The position numbers and the translations under genes are program-made. Below, piece by piece: positions 39,048 to 53,101 of a stretch of 64,000 nucleotides of DNA. The notes beneath the pieces were generated by a model, which did no database searches, was not told where the DNA came from, and saw only the letters and a list, made by a program, of their open reading frames with translations. The DNA comes from Camelus ferus (Eukaryota): the NCBI RefSeq assembly GCF_009834535.1, contig NC_045697.1, forward strand, positions 21,206,001-21,270,000, read 5' to 3'. Positions within the stretch are counted from its first letter, which is position 1; the number at the start of each line of letters is the position of its first letter.

Positions 39048-42000
39048 GATGGGTATCCAATAAACTCAAAACCTCGGAGTTGAATTTACTGCTTTCGAAT
39101 TAAAATAATAAAATAATCTAAAGAGAGTTAAATATAAGTGTAATAAAACAAAGTAAAAAAGTCAAATAATGGAATATATCCATAAAATAAAGTGTCTAAA
39201 AAACTCAGAATGAAGTAAATAAAAGGTATTTAAGTATGGAGAATCATTAACTCAAATCTAACTCAAAAAGATACAGACAGAAAAAAAATAACTAATTAGA
39301 AACACACACACGTACTCACACTCACATACACAAGACTGGCTATGACCCAGCACTGCCACAAAGTGTTCTGAACAATTAGCTTGGCAGTAGTAGAAGAGGG
39401 GTTCTGTGAGGTTAGTGGGGACTGTGGCATTCCAAGAGGGAAAAATAATTACCATTAGTGTTCTCTTCTACTGAATTTTTTAAGTTAAGAAAAAACAAAT
39501 CTAATGAAGTAATTTTAGATATAAAAGATAAATGTTTGGCATAATAGCAACATCAGTGCATCCCCAAATTGCCACGACAAATACTGTTTAAAAGAAAATA
39601 CACTGTTGGCCTATATGGTTTCTTTGATAAGATGAAGATTTAATAAAGATTTAAAAACAGCAAGAATTGTTTGTCTTATATGAAAGATGTGCTTCCATTA
39701 TAGATTCCAATTGGAAAACAAATGGAGAAAAGAGAGGCATTTTGAAACCAATGGGGTGGATATATTTATAAATGATACACAATGAAGATTCAAAATGAGC
39801 AAAAATTAAATATGTGAAGAGAAAGATAGAAAGGGAAATGAGAATTGTGAGGAATAATGAAAACATTCTGTCTCCAAACATTGTTTAGTGTAGTAACAAT
39901 TAGCTTAGCAATAAAATATTTTGTAAATGTGCTAGTTTGCACTTAGAAATAGGGAAACATATCATTTCAGATTGATTTTTTTTTCTTGTCATTTAACAGA
40001 AAGAAAATAGTGCCTCTTTTAACTAGGAGCTCATTCATTTCAGTGATGGCTTTAATGATAGTTAATCATGATAATGGCAGTGGCTGATGTAACCACTCAT
40101 GATTAGTTCAGGCTGGCTTTTGTGTATATTTAAAGCAAAAGATAGCTTTTTTCCCCAGGGATTTCAATTCTTTCTGCTCTATTTCCTCTCCTAAATTAAA
40201 ATGTAACATTTAACACACACATATTACTTACACATATCTACATATTGAAGGATACAGCTTTGCAAGGTGTTAGGTACATTTTTTCTGAGTTAAAAAGACA
40301 TGGTTATTAGTGAATTCTAAGATTTTACAAAGTCGACTTCTATTAACATATTCCCAGATGCTTCTCACCTGCAACCACCTACTATGCTATACGGTGACTT
40401 TCTTTCCTTGCTTTTTTTTTAACATTTAAGAAAATAACAGTGCATTATCAATTAGTTTAAATAGAAAGTTATAAAAATCTGGAATGATCACAGCATTAAA
40501 AAGTGAATAAACCAACCAATAACCAGTGGTAGCAACCTAATTATCCATTAAAGCTATTTCCAAATGTACTAATAGGGAGTAATATTGACTTTTTAAAATT
40601 TAACTTTATTTATGATTCTAGCAGAAGAATTTTTAAACTGCAAATTATTTACAGAGTGATTTTCCCAAATTGTGTCCTCATGAAAGTCATCAGAAACCTA
40701 TATATCATATATATCCTATAATTAATAAAATGGACCTTAAATGTTTTAGTTATTAATTTAAGTTTTGGATTAGGGGAGAAGCAGCTAAGATCATTTCTCT
40801 ATTCAGACAGATATATTCTGGAATTATTTTATTTCTATGGACTTAATTCTTGCTAAGGGAAAAATAATTAGCTTCTATATTTAATTTTCATTCTACAAGT
40901 TTCCTTCCCCCCCCCGACTCCCAATGAGAAACTGAGATGAACAAGGTTCAGCTTTGAGAAGCCCTCTTCTAACTAAAGTGAGAGTGATTGAGTCTAGAGT
41001 AAGAAAAAGTTTCTTCTTTACCTCTATAACATTAGAAATTTATCATATAAATATATAATATGTGATAAGTGAAAATATAAATATACAAGTTATATGTAGC
41101 CAGAGATGAATATTTAATTGATAAAGGCATTTCTTGATGTTTGTCGTATGTTCCAGGATAATACTCTTCAAAATGACGTCTTTGTTTTCATACTAATTAT
41201 ATCTTTAAAACCTTTGGGAGTGCTAGAACTATAGAATAACTAGACATGTTCTTCTCATATACTTCACATATGTCGAAAGAATTTTAAAATCTTTAGAGTA
41301 AAATGTGGTTAAATGCTAGGATGCCACTTTTAGTTCTTAGATACATGTGTAAGCAGATCGCTGCAAACTTTCTCTTTATTTCCACTCTCTTGCCTGCCAA
41401 TTATTTAACAAATATTTTACTTTGGTTTTCAACCATACAGTTAGCTCTCTAAGTAACATACACCTGCAAAACAAAGTACTCTTCTCTGCTAAGTAAAATA
41501 CTAGACAGAGTGCATCTGTGTTGAGAGTTCCAAAGGATGAAACGTAATGTATTGTCATTAGATACATTTCCAAATTATTTTGACAGTAATAACAACATTC
41601 AACATATTTTTAACTACAGACAATCAAAAGATAATTTATAGATACATTAAAAATCATGAAAAATGTTTTCTCTTATTTCATAATTCCCAATGCATTTAAA
41701 AGTTTTGTATCAGCTCACAGAATATAATTTGAAACTATTATATCTCTATTCTGCATTTCTTATTTTGTTAAAAGTATCATGCTTTTGATGTCTGTGACTT
41801 TGTGCTTTGATGAAAAATATGCTTTAATATCTGATATATATATATATATATATATGAAAAGAACAGATATTACATCTACGGTTGGGAACCCTAAAATAAG
41901 TGTGACAAAAACCATGAAAAATATGTAATAAGCATTCACGTAGACATTTATTTCAAGGATGAATAAAAATATAGAAAAAGAACGGGTATTGAATTGACCA

Positions 42001-43699
42001 TACCTGGCAATAATGTGGATTATCTGTGAAATATGCTTGAAACAACTGCTTTTCACCAGGTAACAGAAAGAAAAGAAGGTATCTAATTTGACACTGCATA
42101 GCAAAACTGTTTCATAAATGTGAAGAGTTAAGATGAAACTCAGAGACGAAGAGGAAAGATTTAGCACAAACAAAAAGATTTAGACCACAAAATGGCAAGC
42201 TTGAAGATATAGGTCGCGTTTGAGTGGGGCTGAGAGGCTGCGCACAGATGAAGGCAGAAGGTGAACAGCTTTGTTCACCAGAGTTGATGCCAGTATTTGA
42301 TCCAGGGGGCATCAGGGAAGCACTGAAAGGCCTGAGTAAAGGAATACATGGTTAGAGCTGCTGGAATTGAAAGGAGTTTAGATGTACAAGAGCAAACACT
42401 GTGGACTGGTCCTGTTTGAATTGATCAGGAGAAGGAGTCAGGATTTAGCAGCAGAAATAAAATGGGTATATTAGAACAAAGATGAGAATACAAGGAAAAG
42501 ATAAGATTAAGAGAAATCCTGAACAGCACATCCTAGGAGGTAGCAAAGATGAAGGGATATAGGAATTTGTCCCATTCCTTTCAATACGTGCATTTGTGTT
42601 ACCACCTTGCACGAGTTGTCCGAGGTAGAATGTGATAGGGCAGAAACACGTGAGCTTTTTTACACGTCATGCTTAATTTTGATTTCAATTTTTCCTGTGA
42701 ATGGCTCTCTTCATTAGGCAAATTAATTAATTTCTTTCAATTTGAGTTTTCTCATCTGTTAAATGTGAATAGTAATATAGTTGACATTACATATCTCAAT
42801 ATGTTTTGTAAGATATAACTGAATTCAACTTATTATTATTAACTTATTATCCTTATGCCAATTGAAAAATGATACTACAAATATTTGCAATTATTACAAA
42901 AGACTTTAAATTCTAGTTTAGACCAAAATCAGGAGTCTGTATGTGCACATATCTACCTATAAGATTTTTGATTAATTTACACACATTGCCTAGTTTTATA
43001 TATGTAATAAAATTGTCACAAGTCCATTGAAGCATGGACACTGGAGACTTCCATAAGGAACAAAAGTCACCAATCCTAATTTGACCCAATAAGCAGTACC
43101 ATGGAAAAAAATACAGCACCAAATTTGAGGTTGTTTATGGGCTTATTTCTATTTTATTGTGTTTATTTTCTTTTAAAAAGTCCTTAAAGAAAGCCTCAGC
43201 ACATGGAGCTCTCTGGTTAAAGAGAGAGTGGAAGTATTGAGACATTTGCATTCCTGTGTCCCGGGGCCCTGCGTCCCTGGGGGAAGCACCCTTAGGACCC
43301 TCTTTCAGTACCATGGAGAGAAAGTGCTTCACGGCATTAGAGGAACATCTCAGCAATGTTTACAATTGTATTAATCTGAGGGCCATTTCTTCGTTTCCAT
43401 TTCTCCCCTCTTTGTCAGGTATGTACACTCTATTTCTGTGGATGCCACTCATCCATGAATGAACATTTATTGAACCTTATAAATGTTCCCAGTGCAGTAT
43501 GAATGATCTCCTGCAGACTTATTTTCTGCTTTCTTATCTCATCAGGCACCTGAGTCTTCTCCAAGGAACCCTCTTGTCCTGAAATCTTTATGATCAGAAC
43601 TTATGACCTTCTCTGGTTCATGTTCCAATTACACACTTCTGAACTCCACAATTGTCAACATCTTAATATTTTCCTGAAAAATAAATTAGCAAAGCCTAT

Positions 43700-44700
43700 T
43701 TACTGCTCTATCTGTCCCTCTTATGATATGTGCTTTTTGTAGCTCTCTTTACTTCCACTCATGGACAAACTGTTCAAATGGGCCCTTTCCTACTCAACCT
43801 ATTCATTATGAATGTTCTTGTGAAGATCATTAATCACTGTCAAATTGCCAAATCCATGTCCCCTTTTCGGTTCTAATCACCCCTGAAGTTTTTGATATAT
43901 TTGTCATTTTCATCCATCCTCTCTCCTTAAATCTTGCCTTCATCAATTTCCATGACCCCATATTCTTCTACATTTTTATCTACCTTTTAAACAAAATTAT
44001 TCTCAGTGTCCATTTCAAGTTTTCTCCCTGCTTCCATAGGAAAATGTTGGTGTTATTCATTTGTCCTTAGTCATCTTATCTGCTCACCTGTGTTATCTCC
44101 TATAGCCATAGTATTTTGATTTTTATACCAATAATTACTTTTAAATTCTTGCCCTTATAAAATTATCTTCTGATATTTAGGCTTTTCTAACTTTTTATTG
44201 AAATTATATTTGTGCTTTCTATAAGTACATCAAATTCAATATACACAAAATTAACCTTTTTCCCAAAACTTTTACTATTTTTTAGTTAATACTTTTGCTT
44301 AGTGATTGAAGTTAAATACCTAGGAAATAAGTTTTATTCTTCACTCTCACCTACCTTTCTAATTGACACTACAACCTGCATAAAGTTCTGATGTTTGTTT
44401 TCCTTAAACACATACAAACTCTCTCTCTCCCATCCTTTACTTCTCCGTGTCCACAAAACTGTCATAGTTCTCATGATCCATCACTAAGAATTTTGCACTA
44501 ATCTTAATACATATTTTTGTTCTATTGAATTGATTTGTTTCCAAGTTTAGCATCCTTTCTCTGGTTGTAAATCCTTCTATTTAAACTACACTGCTGCCAT
44601 AGGATCAAGTTCTCCCTCTGGATTTAAACTGTCAATTGACAGATGTCAATATTCCTGAACAAAATGATTTTAGTATGACATACCAAATGCTTGGCTATCT
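43700..44700 (+). mobile_element. L2 LINE ORF2 remnant
   Basis: Pyrimidine-rich L2 text: 'ttcttgtgaagatcattaatcac...ttgccaaatcca', 'tttccatgaccccatattcttct', 'gtacatcaaattcaatata'. Confidence 0.65.
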
Positions 44701-46329
44701 CTGTTAAAAACTTACAGTCTTTTTAAAAAATTCAGTATCTATTCAGATGAAGATATGTTATATGAGTTAATTTTCCAAGATTTCTGTTGGAAATAGTTTA
44801 CCAGATTCCAGAGTTTAAACTCTTTTCAGTTCACAGTTAAGGGGGCAAAAACATTCTCTTATGGTTGGATCCAATAAAAATGTTTAATTTCTATGCCACA
44901 GACTCTTTCCCACCCCAAAATATGTCAACACACACTCTGCTTTCTGTGCCTCAGGCACCAAACATGAATTTATTTATTAAATCTACATTTAAGTCCTAGG
45001 TGAGTATCAGTGAATGAAGTAATGTGGGTAACTAGTATTTTTTTTTAAACCTTAAGGAAAAACTCCCATAGCCTTGTACCATAAATGCGTGTCCTTCTGA
45101 TTATGTCCATTTTAATAATTTGTTTTTTGTGTTTATTTTTAAAGAGCCAGAAAATAGTCATCTATCCTAACATACTGAGGTATCTGTTTTAGAGGGTGAT
45201 GACTTCTTGTACTAATTATCAGTTTGGTATGAGCAAATGAAGCTGTACCATATCTGATAAACTTGTGGGTTATAGCCTTAATGGGCCTATTTCGTTTCCA
45301 TTATAATCATCAACTTGGCCTATAATGAACCAGAACAAGAGAGCAAAGTTTGCATGGACACATTTATCTTAATCATGAAGTTGTTATAACTAGATCATTT
45401 AACATGAATGCATTCTCTGCCTCAGTGATAACTGAGCAGATATTTCTGGAGGATTTCATTGTGTAGTAGGTATGTGTGTAATGGAAGGATTCACCCAGAA
45501 AACATCTTCTAGTTCACAAGCCCTACCCAAAGCTCACAACACTGAGAGTCTGTTAGGGACACAACCATTCCTACCATGCTCCTTCCACCCTCAGTCTTGC
45601 ACTAGCAGAACTCAATCTCAGGGTAAAAATGTAAGCGTATTATGTACAAATGATTGGCTAGTGATGCTGAAATCATACAACCAACTGAAAAGATCTTTAT
45701 GGCATGTATCTGAAATATAGAGACACAGACACTGTAAAGGAGATCAGTAAGGCAATGGAATAAAGATTATGGAGGCAAAGACATAGAACACATGCTGCTG
45801 GGGTTAAACCTGAGAAGAACACGGTTATTCATAGGTATTAGAAAATTCAAAGAAAATTGCTTAGATGGCTAACTTTCAGCTGATTACAAAAAGTTGCTTT
45901 TTTAGCAGTAACCAAAGTAAGAATTTTAAACTATTTTTTCTTAGGGTAAGGACATTTTATATTGTTCATTTCCAAATCAGAATTCAGAACCTGGCATAAA
46001 ACACTTACAAAATGTGTCACGAATTAAAATTAAATTGATTTTGCATGCTATTAAAATTTCTCAAGGGTATGGGGACCTGTTACAGGAAAAATCAGGCCCT
46101 GCACAGGTTCTTATGATATTTGTAGTGACTCAAATTTCCTATTCAAGTTTCAAAAATATTAATCCATAATATGAATGAGTTAATTTTAACATATGTTGAC
46201 CACCAAAGCAAGGAATTATCATAGATAGTTTTAAGAACATATTTTCATAATGTGAGAAATTATTTGAGACCTTCTGTGTAACTTATTTTCCTCCTTTTTA
46301 AACTAAATATAAAATTGTGAATGAACTAC

Positions 46330-46500
46330 TTTCTTTGAGGAGTAGTCACTGGGATGAGTACAAGGGATGTTTCTGTGAAGCATCTCAAGGTCTACCTCTT
46401 AATATGGGTGAAGATTACACTAGTGTTTTCATGTTGTAAAAATTTAATGACCTGTATATTTGTAATTTGTGTTCTTTATATGTTTGTTATGTGAATAAAT
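46330..46500 (+). mobile_element. L1ME 3' end fragment
   Basis: 'actgggatgagtacaagggatgtttctg...ttaatatgggtgaagattacac'. Confidence 0.55.
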
Positions 46501-48510
46501 CCAAAGAGTGGCATGAAAAGGTATAATATAAAAATTCGGAAATAGTGAGGAAGAAAGGGATGGTTGTGCTGCTTGATGTGGTAACACTCAGGGTATTGGT
46601 TACGGGGATGATTACAGATAGCCATACATTAATTTTTTTTAAATCCAAAATTCAAGATGAAAAAGAATCGACAAAATTAAGACAATTTTTAAAATCAAGT
46701 TGTGGCTGATTGTTCATATACTTTATTAAAATCCGAGAATATAAATAAGATAATCACTTTGCTTGGAAAGTAAATGTTACTTTAACTTACAAACTAGCAA
46801 AATTTCAAAATGGTCATTTGAATTCCAGAGAAATTTTAATGCAACTAAATGTAAATTGTCATGTATACAGATACAACTACGCTTTATCCCATATTAACCT
46901 TAATTTTAGCTTATGATATTTCTGCTTTTAAACAAAGGCTATGATCGCAAGTGAAATGTCAAACAATGAAAAGCTTGTATCATATTGTCGGGAAAATTAA
47001 TCCCCAAATTTTGAGGGCTGAGTTCAATAGGCCATTATTATATTTGACCTACATTGTTTATATTAAACACGATGCATAAACCAAACAAGAACTTCTTCAA
47101 AAGTCGTCTAATTTCTTACATTATTTAACTTCTATAATGTGATCATTTTTCCTGACTTCCCAAGTCATTTTTCTTTTGATTTACTGTGATTGCCACATAA
47201 CCACACATTTCATCATTTTCTCCAAACCTAAGTGTCATTGACTAAGCTCTGGATCATCTCATGGTGTCTACTTTTTGACTTCAAATGGCTCTAGCAATTT
47301 AATTGATCTATTGCGTTAAAAATACATATATTGGTATCTAATATTCACTTGATAGAGTTCCAAGGGTAAGCCCTTCAAAGTAATTTGAACTTACAGAATT
47401 TAAACAGTTTTACAAACAAACTTCAATAATATAAATATTAGCAAAATGTACTGAGGTAGATAGCCTGATAATCTTTTAACACTGACATCAACTGAAAGAT
47501 TCATTAAAAACCTATCAAGTGCGTGCACACACACACACGTGCATACAGCGCTGATGATTTTACAGATATTTGGTACCAAACATAGAAAGGACTATATGTA
47601 AACTCTTCCAAAGGAAATAATAACTAGGGAGCCTAATTATTTAATTAAACCTTAATAATTTGGAAACTGTCTGATGAATGTATTGTCTTGATATTAACAT
47701 CAAACAAGGACAGATTAGAACTATAGATTCATTTAATATATGAATATACGTATGAAATCATAGCTTACTTTTTACCTACAGATGATCTATATAAATACAT
47801 TCTGTAAATAAAAAATATTTTAAATGTATAATTAATGTAGCTATAATGTAAGATAAAATCATATATTTTAAATTTCTGTTTTTACTTTTCTATGATGACT
47901 ATACTATATTGGGTGCTGATTAAAATTCATGGCTGATATAAAGAAAAATTTGAATATGGAGGAAAGGTAATAAAACTCAGGCTTGTTATTAAAATGAAAA
48001 ATTAGACAACAGAACCTTATGGCATGCAAAAATAAATCATCTAGAAAAAACTCTGTTTCCTTAACGGTGTAAAATAATGTCTAAGGCCATGGTCATTAGA
48101 ATCAGCCATACCTACTTTTGGGTTATATTATCTTCTAAGTTTTATATATTTGGCATGTTATATAAAGAATTTGAAGCTCCATTTCCACATTGATGTAATA
48201 TTGACAATAACAATTATGGAGCCAGGGTAAGACTGAAAAAGCATACTATTGTAGAGAATCCCAAATCATCTTTCATTGGAGGATGATCACTGAATAAAAA
48301 TTATCACTATCGCTGCTTCAGTGTTATGAATTACTAATCAGTCTACATTTTTATAATTACAAAATTAATAAACAATTGAAATATTTGTGAATTCAGAGAG
48401 TTCAGGATGACACCAATGTTTACATTAAACACAAAATTTCCAATACCATAACTTTTGAACTTTAAATATGTGCTTTTGACATTACTAGAACTGCATATGA
48501 ACCAAAGTTG

Positions 48511-48708
48511 TAAATAACAAGTTTGTACTAGTTTATACTGTATAGCACAGAGAACTATATTCAACAGCTTGTAGTAACTTATGGTTAAAAAGAATATGAA
48601 AACAAATTATGTATGTTCCTCCATGACTGAAGCATTGTGCTATACACCAGATATTGACACAGCATTGTAAACCGACTGTACTTCAGTCAAAATATATATT
48701 CAAAAAAA
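48511..48708 (+). mobile_element. Camelid/cetartiodactyl L1 3' end with TSD
   Basis: 'tactgtatagcacagagaactatattcaa...atgactgaagcattgtgctatacaccag'. TSD gaaccaaagttg (48499-48510) / gaaccacagttg (48709-48720). Confidence 0.9.
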
Positions 48709-48789
48709 GAACCACAGTTGCTATTTTATGCTAAATCGCTTTCTGTTATGCTCTCCTGTTTACTCAGTGAACAGCATTATTCTCAGAAG

Positions 48790-49810
48790 CACATAAGACA
48801 GTGGGATAACAGGATTGGTGGCACCTTAGAGCCAGCAGATACAACTGGCTGTAGACTGGCATTGCAGGTGTCCTAGCAAAGCTGTGTATCCTGAGAAATT
48901 AAATGGGATTTGGGCCATTTTGATGGTGCCTCTGCTTTTGACACCAACCTGGAGGTTGAAGTGACTCCAGCAGAGGGTTAGATCACTAGCATAGCTGGAC
49001 CTGACGTGCCGGGCCTTAGAGGTCAAGCAGAAGACACACTGACAACATCAAAGAAACTGCAGATGGGGGATCCTAGGTGATGTCTAGCTAGCTGGTGAGG
49101 CTCTTTTCATTTGATGTAATTTTTCTCAAATTAGGAAAAGGTACACTCTCCAACTGGATAAAATCCCATGCAGACAAGAATTGGACAGTGTATGGTCCCC
49201 TTGGAAAAAAAACAAATCAGATCAAATCACAGGGAGCATGGCTTCGCATGCAAAGTACAGGCTGGATTTGGAGCTCCTCTCTCTCCCTGGCAGGTGCCTG
49301 TGTGTACAGCTGAGAGATTCCCAGAGATAGGGGGCCACTGAAGAATTAACAAAAGTGTCTCATAACATAAGATTTCATGTCCTGGTATCTGCTACCCCCG
49401 TAAGGCATTAACGCCAGATCATAACAACAAATATTAAAAAAGCCTTTATTTCATGTACTTTCTGTCCTTCTCCTTCAGTTCACCATTGGTGAACCTGAAA
49501 AAGAGCAATCACTGAGGGAAGGATGTGCTGGAATTTAAAACAGGAAAGAAATCAACTACACACACTCTTCCCCTTGGCCATTGTGACTCTGGGTCTAAAT
49601 CACATCCAGACTGGGAGTGGAAAGTTTTAAATTGAATAGAAGTTCCTATAGTAGTTTGGACTTGACATTTAATTTAAAACTTAAAATGGTTTAAAAGATA
49701 TAAAATTATGTGATATTTCCAAGATTTTATCCAGGGATAAGAAAGAATGTGCAATTTTGTTGTGAACTATGGAGCGATAAAATAAAAATGTGTTGTGTGC
49801 CATTATACAT
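48790..49810 (+). mobile_element. Ancient LTR (LTR78-like)
   Basis: GC-raised ~1 kb block ending 'gggagtggaaagttttaaattgaatag...tttggacttgacattt...ccaagattttatc...aaaataaaaatg'; family recalled from memory. Confidence 0.45.
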
Positions 49811-50364
49811 ATAACATATTAAGTAGCTAATAAGTACCGAGAAGAAGAGAACTTTATTAGAGATGGGAGAAAGTGCAAAGCTTTGGAGTGGAAATCAGTA
49901 TGACATTTACATAAATTGCAAGTGCATTTTAATATAATAAAATCAAATATAAAATTATAAAATATATATGCAAATACATTATAAAGGAATATATACATAT
50001 AATATATGCATGAAAGGAGACTTCTCTAAGACTGTTGTTGGAGCTGTATCATGTGGGAAGAGTGCATTGAGTGCATAATGGATGGAAAGACATTCCAGAC
50101 AAGAGAGTAAATGTGTAAAGGTGAAAAGCAGCACAACACGTTTAACAAATGTGAGCTGGAGAATGAAGTAAGGAAGAAAGGATGGAGTATTGGAAGAAAG
50201 GCTTATAAATCAAATGGGACCATACAAAAAACACTTCATAAGCCATAAAAATATTTGATTTCAGGTATGAATGAGAAGCTTAAGTAAAAGAATAGTAACA
50301 ATAAGATTTGAGTACCTGAATAAAATAGCTCTTAAAAAACAAAACAAGACCCATAAAATTCTAT

Positions 50365-50850
50365 TTTTTAAATTTCCTATTTTTGCTATAACAAAGTAGC
50401 ATGAACTTTGTGACTTAATAATACACAGTTGTAATATCTAGAGTCCTGAATCTCAGAAATTCAAACTGAGTCCCTCTTGAGCCAAAATCAAGGTATCAGC
50501 AAGCTATCTTTAGGCTTTAGATGAGAATGTTTTCTTGCCTTTTCCATCCTCTGGAGGCTGCCCACATATCTTGGCCCATAGTCATCTTTATCCCATTTCA
50601 AAGCCAGCAATAGCTGCCCACATCTTTCTCAGGATGCCAACTCTCTTATGTTGGCATTTCAGCCTCCCTCTTCCTCTTCTAAAGAGTCATGTTACTATAC
50701 TGCACCCACCAGGGTACTCTCCTTATTGAGGTGAACTGATTAACAACCTCAATTCCACAGGCAAACATAATTCTCCCTTGCCGTGTACCACAGAATGACA
50801 TATTCTTAGGTTATGGCACCTTTGGAGGAACATCATTCTGCTTCCCATAA
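50365..50850 (-). mobile_element. MaLR LTR (MLT1C/D-like)
   Basis: 'ttgctataacaaagtagc', 'aaaatcaaggtatcagcaag', 'ttcttgccttttccatcctctggaggctgcccacat', 'catcattctgcttcccata'. Confidence 0.85.
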
Positions 50851-50869
50851 CTATTATTCAAGAAATGAT

Positions 50870-51144
50870 GGGGTGGGAAGGGATAAATTGGGAGTTCAAG
50901 ATTTGCAGATACTGACTAATATACATAAAATAGATAAACAAGTTCATAGTATATAGTACAGGGAACTATACTCACTATCTTGTAATAATTAATGGTGAAA
51001 ACGAATATGAAAATGTATATATATATGTTCCTATATGACTGAAGCATTATACTGTAAACCAGATATTGATACAATATTGTAAACTGACTACGTCAATAAA
51101 AAATATATACAGAAAAAATGATAAAAAGGTTTAATCCATAAAAA
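50870..51144 (+). mobile_element. Camelid/cetartiodactyl L1 3' end with TSD
   Basis: 'ggggtgggaagggataaattgggagttcaagatttgcagatact'. TSD aagaaatgat at 50860-50869 and 51145-51154. Confidence 0.9.
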
Positions 51145-51939
51145 AAGAAATGATTTAAGAAAATTTTGGTGTTTAAGAGCAGTGGAATAAATAATAATAG
51201 CTGTAAATGGTAACAATAATGATGATAACTGTAGTAACAATACTGTTGGTGAGTTTGGGCTAATATGTGAATTTCTCCAAGACATATTATTGCCTAAATA
51301 ATTTCTGAAAGATTAGAGAAAACTCTATCAAACACTTCAGTATACAACTGGATTTTTGGCATGGACAGAGCCTGACCTATTTTTTAATAATCTCCTTATA
51401 CTGTTTGAAATTTTTAGTGTGCATATATAGCAACTTTCAATTAAAGATGCTGCATTTATTTAATTAGAAGAACTTTTTAAAACTGTGTGTGTTCTAATCA
51501 ACTTATTAAAAACATGGAAGTTCTTTGGTATGAGATTTCAGTAGACACAAGATAGAGTAGCTTCCTGGATACACCATCTTTAGTGGCCATGAGAGTGATC
51601 TGCCTCCACATATCTTATGATAAAAGACTCACCGGACCTGTTGGTCAGTGGATTGGCCGTGTTATTCATTCGGAGCATCATCAGCCAGAACATCTCAGTT
51701 ACTTAGACATGTGATTCGTCAGTGGACCTGTGGTAGGTGAAGAGGATCTCCTTTGCTCATGTCTAACCTGTACATGAAAAGAGAAGCTGTTTTAAACGTC
51801 TGCGCATGAAGAAATAACACTTAAAGCATCTGGTAACTACTTCCATTGACATATTTCCAGTTATCACTGAAAAGTAAAATCTAATGCTAAAATAATGGAG
51901 AACTTAGATAGAAAATCCTAAATATACCATAGTCTGCTA

Positions 51940-52078
51940 TTCCAGAGGTTCATAATACCAGAGACATCATTGACCTTCTTTAGTTAATTAATATGAGCCA
52001 ATAGATTCTCTTTAGTAATTGAGTTAATTTAGGTCATACTTCTATCCTTTACAATTGGAAAGAGCTTAAAATAGATCT
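51940..52078 (+). mobile_element. 3' end of an old MaLR LTR (MLT1J/K/L-like); may extend further 5'
   Basis: 'atatgagccaatagattctcttt...ttgagttaatttagg...tttacaattggaaagagctt'. Confidence 0.5.
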
Positions 52079-52719
52079 CTAATCCATCTAATCCTGTTTT
52101 GGAATCTGCTTTTCCTATAACCCCTGCAGAAGAATATAAACAGCACCATTCCTTCCTCATAGTTAAATATGTGACATGATAAGAATTAATCATTTATATA
52201 AACAGCCAACAAAGTGCAAAAGTACAAGTTCAATATACATTTTTCTTTATCCTTCAACATCAAGCCTGTATAATTATTAACAATAATGTAATTTATACAA
52301 ATGCTTTATTATGCATGGAAATGTATCAGATCATTTATTCCAAATCTTGAACCCTCTAATTCCACAATTCTGAATTAATTTTACTAAAATCACTACAGAA
52401 GTGCACAAAGATAAATACAGTGGCTATTTTTAATGAGAAAAATTATCTTCTTGAAGATAATTTTAAATAATGGGAAGATGATAATTGAGTATTGGTAAAT
52501 CAAGAAATCAATGTATATATATATATTTCTGCAGAAAAAATGTTTAAGCATATTTATGCACAAAATGAATGGAATTATGTAAAACAAAATATAAGCCAGA
52601 TTCCTATTTTGTTCTCCTTGTTGGCAAAAATATGGGTGGATTTAATCATTTACTTCTGCATTTCTGTATTGTCTATAATAAATATGCATTAATTTGATAG
52701 TCAAAGAAAAAACTATGAT

Positions 52720-53095
52720 TCTATAGAAAAAGATAGCCCAAAATACGAGTTAAGGCTAAACAGAAGTAATTTTTCTCTCACATAACTGTCCAGTGTACAC
52801 ATGTAAACTAGAATATTTCTATCCACAAAGTCATCCATGACACATTTTCCTTCTATAATATTTGTCAACATGGTAAAATATGACCACCAAATTTCTGCAT
52901 TCTGGCTTCTTCTAAGTCAGAAAGACAGAAAGTAGATGGTAAAAAAATATCCTTTAAAAAAAGGTTATAAAAATCTGTATACAATACCTCTACTCACGTT
53001 CTATCAATAAAGACCTTTTACATCACCGTACACAGCTCTTGCAAAGATGAAAAATATAATCTCTAGATAAGCATAGTCATCTGTATTACAAAAAT
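52720..53095 (-). mobile_element. MaLR LTR (MLT1I/J-like)
   Basis: 'cccaaaatacgagtt..ggctaaacagaagtaatttttctctcacataactgtccag', 'ccacaaagtcatcc'. Confidence 0.55.
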
Positions 53096-53101
53096 TCAAG
53101 G

